DNA of 64,000 nucleotides from an uncultured delta proteobacterium (GTDB lineage Bacteria; Desulfobacterota; Desulfobacteria; Desulfobacterales; UBA2156). The notes under the pieces were generated by a model. It was given only the letters and a program-made list of their open reading frames with translations, was not told the DNA's origin and did no database searches. The stretch lies in the NCBI GenBank assembly GCA_963736855.1, contig CAVTQK010000014.1, positions 8,654-72,653 on the forward strand, read 5' to 3'. Each line of letters opens with the position of its first letter. Position 1 is the first letter of the stretch. Position numbers and translations under genes: made by a program. Shown here one piece after another: positions 1 through 11,326 of the stretch.

Positions 1-2
1 CC

Positions 3-188
3 GAAGGGATTCGACCCGACTGTGTAGGGCTGGGACATGGTTTCGGATCCAGCGTCGGTCGGGTTGCAACCGTCGGCAAAGGAGTAAGCAACAACCTCCT
101 GGTTCCTGACGCAGGCTCCACCCTGGACTGGCAGGATGTTGTAGGGGGTGAATCACATGTCTCCACGCGCGTTCGCATCGTGAAATAA
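3..188 (+). CDS. C-terminal end (partial) of a molybdopterin oxidoreductase catalytic subunit, PsrA/PhsA-like
   Basis: Frame 3 reads EGIRPDCVGLGHGFG...GKGVSNNLLVPD...VSTRVRIVK*, typical of the molybdopterin dinucleotide-binding C-terminal domain; followed by an AGGAGG RBS and an Fe-S subunit. Confidence 0.7.
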   Translation, partial: EGIRPDCVGLGHGFGSSVGRVATVGKGVSNNLLVPDAGSTLDWQDVVGGESHVSTRVRIVK

Positions 189-199
189 AGGAGGAAACC

Positions 200-2197
200 A
201 TGAAACAGTTAAGTTTGATGATAGATCTGAATCGGTGTACCGGGTGCCGAACCTGCATTGTTGCCTGCAGAAACTATCATGAGATCATCGATCATGCCAC
301 GGCCATGCCGAATGAAATACCCTATTACCTGAGAGTGGAAAGCCGCAGCCGGGGAACATATCCAGCTCTTTCAGAGGACACATGGGTCGTTCCCTGTCAG
401 CATTGCGGCGAGCCGAATTGCGCGGCCGCTTGCCCGGAGGGGGCAATCCGCAAAGATCCTGAAACAGGGATCGTTCGCATCGATAAAGAGATTTGCAACG
501 GGTGCAATGCACTCAAGGGATCTCTGACGGCGGATAAACAACTTACTTCGCCCTGCAAGGTCGCCTGCCCGGCGCATATGAATGTCCAGGGATACATCGG
601 TCTGGTTGCCAAGGGGAAATTTAAGGAAGCGTTGAAGGTGATGAAGGAGGATAATCCCCTGCCCGCTATATGCGGCAGAGTCTGCGACCATCCTTGCGAG
701 TCAAAGTGCAATCGGGGCGAAATTGACGAACCGGTCGCCATCAATGCGATTAAAAGATTCGTGGCGGATCTGGATTTAAAAGAAGATACACGGTATGTGC
801 CTGAAATTAAAGATAAGAAAGAAGAGAAAATTGCAGTCGTCGGTTCGGGTCCTGCCGGTCTGAGCTGCGCCTATTTTCTTGCCCGTGAAGGGTATGCGGT
901 CACTATATTTGAAAAAGCGCCTCTCTTAGGGGGTATGCTGACCTTCGGCATCCCATCGTACCGGCTCCCCAGAAACCTTATCGAAGCGGAAATCAAGGTC
1001 ATCCAAGATATGGGGGTTGCCATGACAACAGGCATGGAACTCGGCAGGGATATCACCGTAGAGCAGTTGAGGCAGCAGGGTTTTAAAGCCTTTTTCATTG
1101 GAATCGGCGCCCAGGAATGCAAAAGCCTTGGCATAGAAGGCGAGGATCTGAGTGGTGTATATCCGGGCATTGACTTTCTGAACAAAATTAACCTTGGAGA
1201 ATCGGTTTCCCTGGGAAAACGGGTGGCTGTGATTGGAGGAGGCAATGTAGCGCTGGATGCGGTGCGGGCGGCCCGCCGCCTCGGCGGGAAAGAGGCCTGT
1301 ATCATCTACCGGAGAAGCTTTGATGAAATGCCGGCAAATGCGGATGAAATCAAAGAATGTCAGGATGAGGGCATTCCCATGCATACCCTGACCCAGCCGG
1401 TTCGATTCATCGGAAAAAATGGACGCGTGAGTAAAATAGAATGCATAAAGATGAAATTGGGAGCGCCGGATGAAAGCGGACGTAAAGCCCCTGTGCCCGT
1501 CGCCGGTTCTGAGTTTACGATGGATGTGGATGCTGTCATCACCGCTTTGGGACAGGAAACGGACTGGGCCTGCCTGACTCCGGAATGCGCCTGCCGGTTG
1601 ACGGACTGGGGAACCATGAACGTCGATCCGCTCACCTATCAAAGCGATGATCCGGATATTTTTGCAGGAGGAGATGCGGTGACCGGACCCCGGACGGTCA
1701 TTGAAGCAATTGCCGCCGGAAAAGAAGCGGCTATATCTATTGACCGGTTTATTCGAGGGGCTAATCTCCGTGAAGGCCGGGGCAAAGAATGGGCTGTTGC
1801 AGCCGAGATTCAAAAGGAGAAATATCATCCTGCAAAACGCACCCGGATGCCTGCTCTGAAACCTGAAGAGAGGGTGAACAACTTCGATGAAGTGCAACTG
1901 GGATTAACCGAAGAAATGGCGGTTGAGGAAGCAAAGCGATGCCTGGGTTGCGGTTGTGCATGCGTTCAGGCCTGCCCTTATTATGTCATTCAGTTTGACC
2001 TGAAAGCCGGGATATCCCATAAATGTAACCTGTGTTATGACAAAACCCATGTGGGCGAATTGCCGGTCTGTGTGGAGGTATGCATGACAGACGCGATAAG
2101 ATTTGGTGAATATGACCTTGTCAGACAATGGGCGCTTTGTGACGGCAAAACAATTGTTGCGGATCTGAGCAAGGAATCGCTTTTATATGTCAAATAG
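200..2197 (+). CDS. DmsB/PsrB-type 4Fe-4S subunit with an inserted GltD/NfnB-like FAD/NAD(P)-binding oxidoreductase module
   Basis: N-term CTGCRTCIVAC, CQHCGEPNCAAACP; middle PCKVACP..CGRVCDHPCESKC, GSGPAGL, GGGNVALD, DIFAGGD; C-term CACVQACPY, CNLC..CVEVC. Confidence 0.85.
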   Translation: MKQLSLMIDLNRCTGCRTCIVACRNYHEIIDHATAMPNEIPYYLRVESRSRGTYPALSEDTWVVPCQHCGEPNCAAACPEGAIRKDPETGIVRIDKEICNGCNALKGSLTADKQLTSPCKVACPAHMNVQGYIGLVAKGKFKEALKVMKEDNPLPAICGRVCDHPCESKCNRGEIDEPVAINAIKRFVADLDLKEDTRYVPEIKDKKEEKIAVVGSGPAGLSCAYFLAREGYAVTIFEKAPLLGGMLTFGIPSYRLPRNLIEAEIKVIQDMGVAMTTGMELGRDITVEQLRQQGFKAFFIGIGAQECKSLGIEGEDLSGVYPGIDFLNKINLGESVSLGKRVAVIGGGNVALDAVRAARRLGGKEACIIYRRSFDEMPANADEIKECQDEGIPMHTLTQPVRFIGKNGRVSKIECIKMKLGAPDESGRKAPVPVAGSEFTMDVDAVITALGQETDWACLTPECACRLTDWGTMNVDPLTYQSDDPDIFAGGDAVTGPRTVIEAIAAGKEAAISIDRFIRGANLREGRGKEWAVAAEIQKEKYHPAKRTRMPALKPEERVNNFDEVQLGLTEEMAVEEAKRCLGCGCACVQACPYYVIQFDLKAGISHKCNLCYDKTHVGELPVCVEVCMTDAIRFGEYDLVRQWALCDGKTIVADLSKESLLYVK

Positions 2198-2212
2198 GCT
2201 ATGTTAACGCAT

Positions 2213-2246
2213 AAGGCCGCGGTCCAAAGGACGCGGCCTTTTTTTT
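2213..2246 (+). terminator. Rho-independent terminator
   Basis: AAGGCCGCG..CGCGGCCTT stem followed by a T-run right after the stop codon. Confidence 0.8.
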
Positions 2247-2335
2247 AATAAAAATCGATGGGGTGGCAAGCCCTGCTGCGCATTTTCTTGAAAATTTTGA
2301 TATAAAAAAGTTTCAAGAGATATCGATGTGGCGTT

Positions 2336-3442
2336 ATGATGGGGACCATGGGCATGATTGATCCACTCCAATTTGTACCACGCGGCATGGCCACCGGTAT
2401 CGGCAGCCTGCCGTTTCAAGACCCCCTGGAAGCACTGGATCTGATAATTTCCGAATTTCCCAAGTGCCCCCACTGGCCGCAACTGCCCCGCCGCTGCAGG
2501 GAGGAACATTTCGTCCACCAGTTTCTACAACCCCTGATGGAATGCGGCCTGCTGGTGAATCGCAACGACCGGTGGTACTTTGACATGTCATCCGACACCC
2601 GCGCTGACTGTCTTACCGTGTTTTATACCTCCTGCCTGGCGGCGGAAGCGGGTGATGCCTTGGCCTTGCAGTGCTTTTTACCCTCTTTGCAGGCAGCCGC
2701 CGGGCTCCACGCCTTTCTCGTCCGGGCCGGATCCGCCGAATTTTTAAAAAATGTCGATTTCGTCAAAGGACAGATCGCCGGACCCCTGACGGTCGCCCTG
2801 GAAATGAAAGACGAACAGGGCCGACCAGCCTATTATGACGATGACCTGCGCGATGTCATCGTGAGAACCCTGGCGCTGAGCGCCCGATCTCAGGCGGCGG
2901 CCCTGTCCGCCTTGGAGCGGGTGCCGATTATTTTCGTGGACGACCCGGCCGTCAGCGCCTTCGGTTCGCGGCTGCACCTGGCGTTGAGCCGGGAAAACAT
3001 CGTGGCCGACCTGAACTTCATTTTCGAGGCTATACGGTCAGAGGGTGCATTCGCTGGAGTCCATTCCTGCGAAGCCATCGACTGGTCATTGTTGACGGAC
3101 TCGACCGCCGACATCATCAGCGTCGATACCTTTCGTTTTGGAACTTCGCTGGCGCCTTATGCGGTGCAACTGCGCGGATTTCTCGAGCGCGGCGGCATCA
3201 TTGCCTGGGGCATCACACCGACCCTCGATGACCCATTTGCCGAATCCGTTGAATCTTTGCTGCAGCGCCTGCAGCGGCTGTGGGAGGAATTGTTCTCCCG
3301 AGGCCCCGATAGAAATTACGTGCTGCGTCGGAGCATGATCACGCCGGCCTGCGGGACGGGCTTGCTTTCGCAGGCGCAGGCGCGGCAGATCTACCGCTTG
3401 ACGGCTGCCGTTTCCGCCCGCATCGGCGAAATGACTCAATGA
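2336..3442 (+). CDS. Core (single-barrel) MetE-like methionine synthase, MesB-like
   Basis: ATGIGSLP start motif, WPQLP, KGQIAGP, Zn ligands GVHSC and ITPACG; no N-terminal folate-binding barrel. Confidence 0.7.
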   Translation: MMGTMGMIDPLQFVPRGMATGIGSLPFQDPLEALDLIISEFPKCPHWPQLPRRCREEHFVHQFLQPLMECGLLVNRNDRWYFDMSSDTRADCLTVFYTSCLAAEAGDALALQCFLPSLQAAAGLHAFLVRAGSAEFLKNVDFVKGQIAGPLTVALEMKDEQGRPAYYDDDLRDVIVRTLALSARSQAAALSALERVPIIFVDDPAVSAFGSRLHLALSRENIVADLNFIFEAIRSEGAFAGVHSCEAIDWSLLTDSTADIISVDTFRFGTSLAPYAVQLRGFLERGGIIAWGITPTLDDPFAESVESLLQRLQRLWEELFSRGPDRNYVLRRSMITPACGTGLLSQAQARQIYRLTAAVSARIGEMTQ

Positions 3443-3629
3443 TACGGATGGATGATTCTCAACCGACTGCCGGAGCTTTTCAGAAAACCCCAAATTGCAT
3501 TCTGATATCGTTCACATTTTCTGCTATATATTCCTACAAATCCCTGCATTTTCCATTTGCTTAATGTGTCTCAATTTAGTACTTTAGAATTGCCATTTCA
3601 CAATCAGAGGCGATTTCTCGTCATGCCCC

Positions 3630-4874
3630 ATGAATAAAACTTTTTTTCAAAAACATGCCCAAGTCGTCAAACAATTACTGATTGCTTTTTTTACCCTTGC
3701 CGCCTGCTGCCTGACCTATTATTTCCATGCGGTCCTGAGAGTGGGAACGATTGTATCCCACTTTTATTACATCCCCATTATCTTAGCCTGTATTTGGTAT
3801 CAGAAAAAAGGGATTTGGATCGCCGTTTTTTTGGTCACTTTTCTCCTGGCCAGTCATCAGCTTCTGAAACCCGCTGCATCAACATACACTCTTTACATAC
3901 GGATATTCATGCTGATGACCATTGCGATCGTTGTAGCGGCACTGAGTGAAAGGATATCCGCAACAGAACGCCAGCTTAGAAACGCTCATGATCAACTGGA
4001 AAAGCGGGTTGTAGAACGAACAGCTCAACTGGCGGAAGTCAACCGCAAACTGGAACTGGAAATCGAACAGCATAAACGAAGCGAGGAGCGCCTGGCGCTG
4101 AGCGCCAAAAGATTGGAACAGCGCAACGAGGAAATCAAGAATTTCGCCTACATTGTTTCCCATGATTTGCGCGCACCCCTGGTCAACCTGAAAGGCTTTT
4201 CCGCTGAACTGCGGATCGCTCTGGACATTATCCGCCCCGTTTTGCAAACCCTTATCACCCAGCCGGACCAGCAGCTCCAACCCGCTGTATCCACTGCCCT
4301 CCTGGATATATCCGAAGCGCTCGATTTTATCGGTTCTTCCACAAACCGCATGGACAGCCTGATCAACGCCCTCCTGCAGCTCTCCCGCCTGGGTCGTTCC
4401 GAACTCAAACGGGAACCCATCGACATGGAAAAAATGGTTCAGGAAACCCTGAATGCGCTGGCGCATCAAATTGCCGAAAAACAGATCGACGTAAAAATTG
4501 GTCCTTTGCCGAAAATCGAAGCCGATCGGCTGGCAATGCAGCAGATCCTGGGCAATCTGCTCAACAATGCCGTTTTGTATTCACTTCCCGAACGCAAAAG
4601 CAGAATCGAAATCACGGCTGAAACCGGACTGGATCAGGTGACCATTTTCGTGAAAGACAACGGCCGGGGCATCGCCCCGGAAGATATGGATAAGGTTTTT
4701 GTACCGTTCAGACGGGCCGGCAAGGCGGACGTTCCCGGCGAAGGCATGGGCCTGGCCTACACTCAGGCCCTGGTCAACCGCCATGGCGGTCATATCCAAT
4801 GCCATTCCAAGGTCGGTGAGGGAAGCATCTTCTCCTTCACCATCCCCATACACCTCTTAACCGACGAGGCGTAA
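3630..4874 (+). CDS. Membrane sensor histidine kinase
   Basis: N-terminal TM helices, H-box SHDLRAPL, N-box NLLNNA, G1 DNGRGI, G2 GMGL. Confidence 0.92.
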   Translation: MNKTFFQKHAQVVKQLLIAFFTLAACCLTYYFHAVLRVGTIVSHFYYIPIILACIWYQKKGIWIAVFLVTFLLASHQLLKPAASTYTLYIRIFMLMTIAIVVAALSERISATERQLRNAHDQLEKRVVERTAQLAEVNRKLELEIEQHKRSEERLALSAKRLEQRNEEIKNFAYIVSHDLRAPLVNLKGFSAELRIALDIIRPVLQTLITQPDQQLQPAVSTALLDISEALDFIGSSTNRMDSLINALLQLSRLGRSELKREPIDMEKMVQETLNALAHQIAEKQIDVKIGPLPKIEADRLAMQQILGNLLNNAVLYSLPERKSRIEITAETGLDQVTIFVKDNGRGIAPEDMDKVFVPFRRAGKADVPGEGMGLAYTQALVNRHGGHIQCHSKVGEGSIFSFTIPIHLLTDEA

Positions 4875-4876
4875 CG

Positions 4877-5338
4877 ATGACGACTATCACAAAAAACATT
4901 ACCATCCTGCTGGTGGAGGACGATCCGGGGCACGCCCGCCTGGTCGAAAAAAACCTGCGCCGCGCCAACCTCACCAATCCCATTATCATGCTCAGTGACG
5001 GCCGCCAGGCTATGGATTATCTTTTTCGTGAAGGCCCTTATTCAAGTGATCCGATACCGTCGAATCTGCTGGTGCTGCTTGATCTGAACCTGCCGGTGAT
5101 TGACGGATATCAGGTCCTTGCCCGCATGAAGGAGAATGCTTCCACGCGGCGAATCCCGGTCATCATTCTTACCACCACGGATGATGCGCGGGAGATCGAC
5201 CGCTGCTATGACTTGGGGTGTAATGTCTATATCACCAAACCGGTTGATTACGAGGGATTCAGCGAAGCCATCCGCAAGCTCGGGTTGTTTCTTTCGGTGG
5301 TCTCCATCCCCATAGAAGGGTCCAACGGACATGAATGA
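4877..5338 (+). CDS. Single-domain response regulator (Rcp1-like)
   Basis: ILLVEDD, LLDLNLP, ILTTT, YITKP. Confidence 0.92.
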   Translation: MTTITKNITILLVEDDPGHARLVEKNLRRANLTNPIIMLSDGRQAMDYLFREGPYSSDPIPSNLLVLLDLNLPVIDGYQVLARMKENASTRRIPVIILTTTDDAREIDRCYDLGCNVYITKPVDYEGFSEAIRKLGLFLSVVSIPIEGSNGHE

Positions 5339-6380
5339 TTCGAAACCGATCCGCATTCTCTGCATGGAAGACGATCCCGGAGCCGCCCGCCTGGTTCAAA
5401 AAACCCTGGATCGCGCGGGCTATATCGTGGATATCGCCCACAACGGACAGGAAGGGTTGGACATGCACGACGCCGGCAGCTATGCACTGCTGGTGGTGGA
5501 TCAGTCCATGCCCGTAATGGAAGGCCTGGAGGTCCTGCAGAGGCTCTCTTCCCGGGCATCGACGGCGCCGGTCATCATGATAACCGGCCACGGCGACGAA
5601 CGCCTTGCCGTGGAAGCGATGAAGCTCGGCGCCAGGGATTATATTGTCAAAGATGTCGATGGCAGTTTTCTGGAACTATTGCCTACCGTTATCCGGCGGG
5701 TTCTTCAACAGCAGCAGCTGATGGAAGAAAAACGGCAGGCGGAAGCGGCCTTGAAGGAGTCGGAAGAGCGGCTCGATTCCATCATCAAGAGCGTTCCAGA
5801 TATCATCTACCGACTAGATACCCAAGGCTGCATCACCTTCATCAGTGATGCCGTCATCCGTTACGGATACCTTCCCCGTGATTTATTGTCCAGAAAAATG
5901 CTGGAACTAGTTCATCCGGATGACCGGGAAAAGACCGAGCATCGCATTAACGAAAGAAGAATGGTAAAGCGTGAACCAGACGATCTGGAAATTAGGTTCC
6001 TAGTGGGCAGGGACGGCCCCATCGCATCCGAATCCGAACCGATATTCCTGGTCAACGCCCAGGGACTCTATCGCACAGAGCAGCCGAATGCCAGGACATT
6101 CATCGGTACCCAGGGCATCGCCAGGGACATTACGGAACGCAAACGCACGGAAGAGGAGCGTGAAAAGCTGCTTGCGGAGCTCCAAAATGCTTTGGCGCAG
6201 GTTAAAACCTTAAGCGGAATGATCCCCATTTGTGCATCCTGCAAAAAGATCCGCGACGATAAAGGCTATTGGAATCAAATCGAAAGCTATATCCGCGACC
6301 ATTCCGATGCCCAGTTTAGCCACGGCATTTGTCCGGAATGCGCAAAAAAATTATACGGGGATCTTTTAGAAAAGATCTAA
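5331..6380 (+). CDS. Response regulator with PAS domain and C-terminal Cys-rich tail
   Basis: REC domain, PAS/PAC (ARDITERK), tail PICASCKKIRDD..SHGICPEC. Confidence 0.88.
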   Translation: MNDSKPIRILCMEDDPGAARLVQKTLDRAGYIVDIAHNGQEGLDMHDAGSYALLVVDQSMPVMEGLEVLQRLSSRASTAPVIMITGHGDERLAVEAMKLGARDYIVKDVDGSFLELLPTVIRRVLQQQQLMEEKRQAEAALKESEERLDSIIKSVPDIIYRLDTQGCITFISDAVIRYGYLPRDLLSRKMLELVHPDDREKTEHRINERRMVKREPDDLEIRFLVGRDGPIASESEPIFLVNAQGLYRTEQPNARTFIGTQGIARDITERKRTEEEREKLLAELQNALAQVKTLSGMIPICASCKKIRDDKGYWNQIESYIRDHSDAQFSHGICPECAKKLYGDLLEKI

Positions 6381-6471
6381 ATCGTGTCTGACCGAAAAAA
6401 GGTGCGGATCGTTACAGACGTTCTGCAATCCCCGCACGCATAGATCATAAGGAGGGGCACGGCAGGAGCAT

Positions 6472-7734
6472 ATGAAATTCATCCATGCTGCCGACATTCA
6501 TCTTGACAGCCCGCTGGTCGGACTCCAGCGCTACGAAGGGGCGCCCGTCGAGGAGGTCCGCGGTGCTACCCGCGGGGCTCTTCAGAACCTCGTCGAGCTT
6601 GCCGTTGCCGAGAAGGTTGACTTCATCCTGATTGCGGGAGACCTCTACGACGGGGACTGGAAAGACTACAACACCGGACTTTTCCTTTCGAGCCGGATGG
6701 CCAGGCTCCGTGACGAAGGCATCCGTGTCTTCATCATTTCGGGCAACCACGACGCCGCAAGCCAGATCACCAGGCATTTAAGACTGCCGGATAATGTCAA
6801 GAGTTTCTCCATACGAAACCCCGAGACGGTCATCATCGAGGAACTTGGCCTTGCGATCCACGGACAGGGCTACCCCGTAAGGGCCGTCACCGAAGACATG
6901 GCGAGCGCCTACCCCCAGGGTTTAGCGCATCATTTCAACATCGGGCTTCTCCACACAAGCCTTGACGGCCGTCCAGGCCACGAGTCCTATGCGCCGACGA
7001 ATACAGCCGCTCTCCTGACCAGGGGATACGACTATTGGGCGCTCGGACACGTCCATACCCGGGAGATTGTCCACCAGGACCCCTGGGTTGTGTTCCCCGG
7101 TAACATCCAGGGCCGAAACATACGGGAAATCGGGCCGAAGGGCTGCATGCTGGTCGAGGTAGAGGACGGCCGGGTCGTCGGCATCGAATTCAAGGAACTT
7201 GACGTTATGCGCTGGGCTGCGGCGACCGTCGATGCCGGAAAGGCCGCCGGGAGTGACGATGTACTCCACGCCGCATCCGGAATACTCAAACAAACCTTGA
7301 AGGAAAACAAGGAGATGCCCCTCGCCGTGCGCCTGGAGATTATCGGGGCCACAAAGGCGCATCGGGAGCTTCTGTCAAATCCTGAACGCTGGAAAAGCGA
7401 ACTCCGGGCGCTGGCCACGGAGATCAGCGGCGGCACTTTGTGGCTCGAGAAGATCCGGTTCGGCACAAAAGACGCAATCGATTCAGCAACCCTTGCCTCA
7501 AAAAGCGAAGCCTTTGTCGAGTTGATGAACTCCATCGATGAACTTGAGACCCATCCGAATCTCGTGAAGGCCGCCCTCGAGGCGCTCTCTGACCTCGGAG
7601 AGAAGCTGCCTCACGAACTGAAAAGCGGAGTCGAGGCGATCCTCCTCGATGACCCCGAGACGGTTCGGCGGGCGGCCGAAGGCGTCAGGCAGATGCTGAT
7701 GGACCGCATCCTGAACAGAGGGGTTGAGCTGTGA
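6472..7734 (+). CDS. yhaO: Mre11/SbcD-family metallophosphoesterase DNA exonuclease (YhaO-like)
   Basis: HAADIHLD, AGDLYD, GNHD, LLHT, ALGHVH motifs. Confidence 0.88.
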   Translation: MKFIHAADIHLDSPLVGLQRYEGAPVEEVRGATRGALQNLVELAVAEKVDFILIAGDLYDGDWKDYNTGLFLSSRMARLRDEGIRVFIISGNHDAASQITRHLRLPDNVKSFSIRNPETVIIEELGLAIHGQGYPVRAVTEDMASAYPQGLAHHFNIGLLHTSLDGRPGHESYAPTNTAALLTRGYDYWALGHVHTREIVHQDPWVVFPGNIQGRNIREIGPKGCMLVEVEDGRVVGIEFKELDVMRWAAATVDAGKAAGSDDVLHAASGILKQTLKENKEMPLAVRLEIIGATKAHRELLSNPERWKSELRALATEISGGTLWLEKIRFGTKDAIDSATLASKSEAFVELMNSIDELETHPNLVKAALEALSDLGEKLPHELKSGVEAILLDDPETVRRAAEGVRQMLMDRILNRGVEL

Positions 7735-10700
7735 AAATCCTGGAACTCGATCTGCGCGCTTTCGGACCTTTCACCAATGTTAAACTCAACCTGGCTGACG
7801 GGCGCGAAGGGATGCACATCCTCTACGGACCCAACGAGGCAGGGAAGAGTTCTGCTCTCCGCGCTCTCAAATGCATGCTCTACGGGATTCCCAAAAACTC
7901 AGCCGATAATTTCCTCCACGACAACAAGGCCCTGCGCATCGGCGGGCGGCTGCAAAACTCCGACGGCGCCGAACTCGCGTTCCTGCGGCGCAAAGGAAAC
8001 AAGGACACGCTCTTAAGTCCGGATGAAAAACCCATCGACGATCGAAAAATAGACCGCTTTCTTCACGGCATGACAGAGGAAATCTTCGGGCTTCTCTTCG
8101 GAATCGACCACGACGCGCTTGTTCGAGGCGGACGGAATATCCTGGAGGGCAAGGGCGAGACCGGCCAGAGTCTCTTTGCAGCCGGCGCCGGCGGTGCAAA
8201 CCTGCGGACCGTGCTCGAAACCATCGAGGCCGATGCGGAGGTCCTTTTCAAAAACAGGGGGCAGCTTCCGGTCATCAACAAGAACATCGGCCGACACCAG
8301 GAACTCAGGAAGAAAATTTCGGAACTCGCGCAATCGAGTCGAGAGTGGGCCGAAAAGGATAAAGAACTCGCCAGGGCAATGGCCGAGCTCGAAATCCTCA
8401 GGAAGACTCAGGAGCGGGATACGGCTGAGATGAACAGGCTGCGGCGCCTCAAGGAGATCGTCCCCAGGGCGGGCCTTCGAAAAGAACTCCTGGCAAAGAT
8501 GGAGGCCATGGGAGCGGTCACCATCCTGCCGGAGGACTTTACCGGCAAGCGCCACCGGGCCGAAAATAAGCTCAATGCCGCGCTGGAGGTCAAGCGTCAG
8601 GCGGAACTGGACCTCGAACGATTGAATGAAGACATCAGAAAAATCGTGTTGCCGCAGAAAATTCTTGACCAGGCCGACGCCGTTGAGGGGCTCCACAGAG
8701 CGGCTCGGCCAGCATACCAAAGCAGCCGAGGACCTGGGAAAGCTTCAGGGCAGGCTTCAGCAGAACAAGGCGGATATCCGGGTCCTGCTGCTGGAACTGA
8801 AGCCCGGTCTCGATACGGAGGCGGTCAGGAACCTCAGGCCGAAGGCCGCTGTAAAAACCCGTATCCAGAAGCTTGCGAGCAAGCACGCGTCCTTGCAGTC
8901 GGAACTGTCGAGGGCGGCAAAGGACCTGCGCGACGCGGAGCAGAAACTCAACCGGCTGAAGGACGATCTGAAAACCCTTGAGACCCCGAAAGACCCGGCT
9001 CCTTTAAAGAAGACCCTGGCCAAACTTGCAAAGAGCGGCGACCTGTCATCGGCCCTGCGGGATGCGCAGAAGGCGCTCCAGAACGAAGAGGAAAAGATCC
9101 GAAGCCTGCTGCAGCGCCTGCCTCTTTGGAGCCGAGCAGTCGAGGATCTGGGCAAGAGTGCCCGTACCCTCATCGGAAACCGTCAGCCGTTTCGAAGACG
9201 CGTTTTCCGGCTGCAAGATCATTGCCGACAACCTGGAGGGCCGCCTGGACGATGCACGGGCTGCGCTGCAGGAAATCGAGCAGCAGATCGACGCCATCCG
9301 GCTGGCCGGCGCCGTCCCGACCGAGGAGGATCTCGATAAAGCCAGAGACAGGCGGCAACAAGGGTGGGGCCTTGTAAGAAAGGCCTGGCTCCAGGGCGAA
9401 AATGTGGAGAACGAGAGCCGAGCCTATGACCCGGAGCATGACCTGGCGGAAGCCTACGAGGTATCCGTCGCGCAGGCCGATGAGACCGCCGATCGGCTGC
9501 GCCGGGAAGCCGCCCGGGTGGCGGAGTATGCCGCCCTTCTCGTGCAGGAGAAAAAGATAACGGAAGAGATCGTCAAGCTGGAGGCAGATCGGCGCAAGGC
9601 GGAACAATCCCTCGCCCTAAACAACGAGGAATGGAAAGCGCGTGGACACCCTCCGGCATTGAGCCCCTGACGCCCAAGGAGATGCGATCGTGGCTGGAGC
9701 AATACGGCAAGATCCTTCAGCGGCTGGAGAAGCTCGATGAGCAAAAGGGTTTGATCGAACAAACTCCAGGAGCAGATCGCCGGGCATCGGGAAGCGCTGA
9801 TCCGGCGTCTCGAAGAGCTCGGCGAGAGGGGATCGACACCCGATGAGACATTCGGGCCGCTCGTTGAGCGGTGCGAAACCGTCCTGGATAAACTGGAGAA
9901 GCTTGTCCGGCATCGTGAGGATCTGGAAACGAAGATTTCAACCCTTTGCCGACGATATCAAGGAGTACGTGCAGGCAAAGGCCGATGCGGAGCAGAGACA
10001 CAAGACATGGCAGGCGGAGTGGTCGGAGGCCGTGAAAACGATAGGGCTGGATGAGGGAACCACTCCCGACGAGGCCCTTGTCACGCTCTCGAAGTTCGAA
10101 GATCTCTTCAAAAAGATCGATGAATGCGACACCCTGGAGCAGAGAATCTTCGGTATCCATCGCGACGCCGAAGTGTTCCATGCGGACGTGAAGGCCCTCA
10201 TCGGCCACGCCGCCCCCGAGTGGTCGAACCTGATGCCCGATCAAGCGGTGGTGCAGCTCAACGCGGAACTCACCCGCGCAAGAAAGGCAGCGGCCCGGCA
10301 CGCGCAGCTTGCCGAAGAGATCGAACAGAAGCGCCGGGGGCTCGGCGACGCGGAAAAGGAGATCGCCCTTGCAAGGGAAATTCTTGACAGCCTTTGCCGG
10401 CAGGCCGGATGCGCAAACCCCGATGAACTGGAATCCAGGGAAAAGCTGTCGGCCGACTACCAGGACCTGAGACGACAGATCCGGTCGCTGGAGGCGGACA
10501 TCGTTGAACGCGGCGGCGGCGCAGCACTTGAACAGATCTTGCAGCAGATCGAGACAGGTCGATATCGACGCCTTGGCCGCACAGATCGAAGACCTGGAGA
10601 GCCGCCTTGGGGAATTGAAGGAGCGTCAAAGACGAGATTCATGAAAAGGTCGGCAGCCTGCGCAGCGAGTTAGGACGCATCGACGGATCTGCCGCAGCGG

Positions 10701-11239
10701 CCGAGGCCGCCGAAGAAGCACAGGGGGTCCTCGCAATTATACGGGATAATGTCGACGAGTATGTCAAGCTCCGCCTGTCCTCCATGGTTCTCCGGCATGC
10801 CATCGAAAAGTACCGGGCGAAAAATCAGGGACCTCTTCTTGAAAGGGCCGGCAAGCTGTTTACACGGTTGACACTCGGTTCCTTCTCGGGCCTCAGGACC
10901 GACTATGGCGAAAATGACGAACCGATCCTGCAGGGCGTGCGCCCCGACGGCAAGGTCGTCGATGTCGCCGGCATGAGCGACGGCACCCTGGATCAGCTCT
11001 ACCTCTCCCTGCGCCTGGCCACCCTGGAGAAATACCTCGAAACGAACGAGCCGATGCCGTTCATCGTGGATGACATCCTGATCCGCTTCGATGACGACCG
11101 GTCGAAAGCCACCCTCGAAGTGCTGGCCGATCTGTCCCAAAAGACCCAGGTCTTATTTTTCACGCACCATGAACGGCTGGTGGAAATCGCAAAAACATTA
11201 AAATCCGGTGATGGCGTGTTCGTCCATCGGATGGGATGA
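7731..11239 (+). CDS. yhaN: YhaN-family AAA/coiled-coil ATPase (Rad50/SbcC-like), broken by about 7-8 apparent frameshifts
   Basis: Walker A GPNEAGKS; long coiled coils spread over several frames; C-term MSDGTLDQLYLSLRLA, PFIVDDILIRFDD, FFTHH. Confidence 0.8.
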
Positions 11240-11326
11240 TTTTTCGAAGATCGAAAAAAATATCGCGAATTTAAACAGAAAGAGAGATTTAAAACAGGAA
11301 CCGAGAATGGACACGAATAAACGTGG

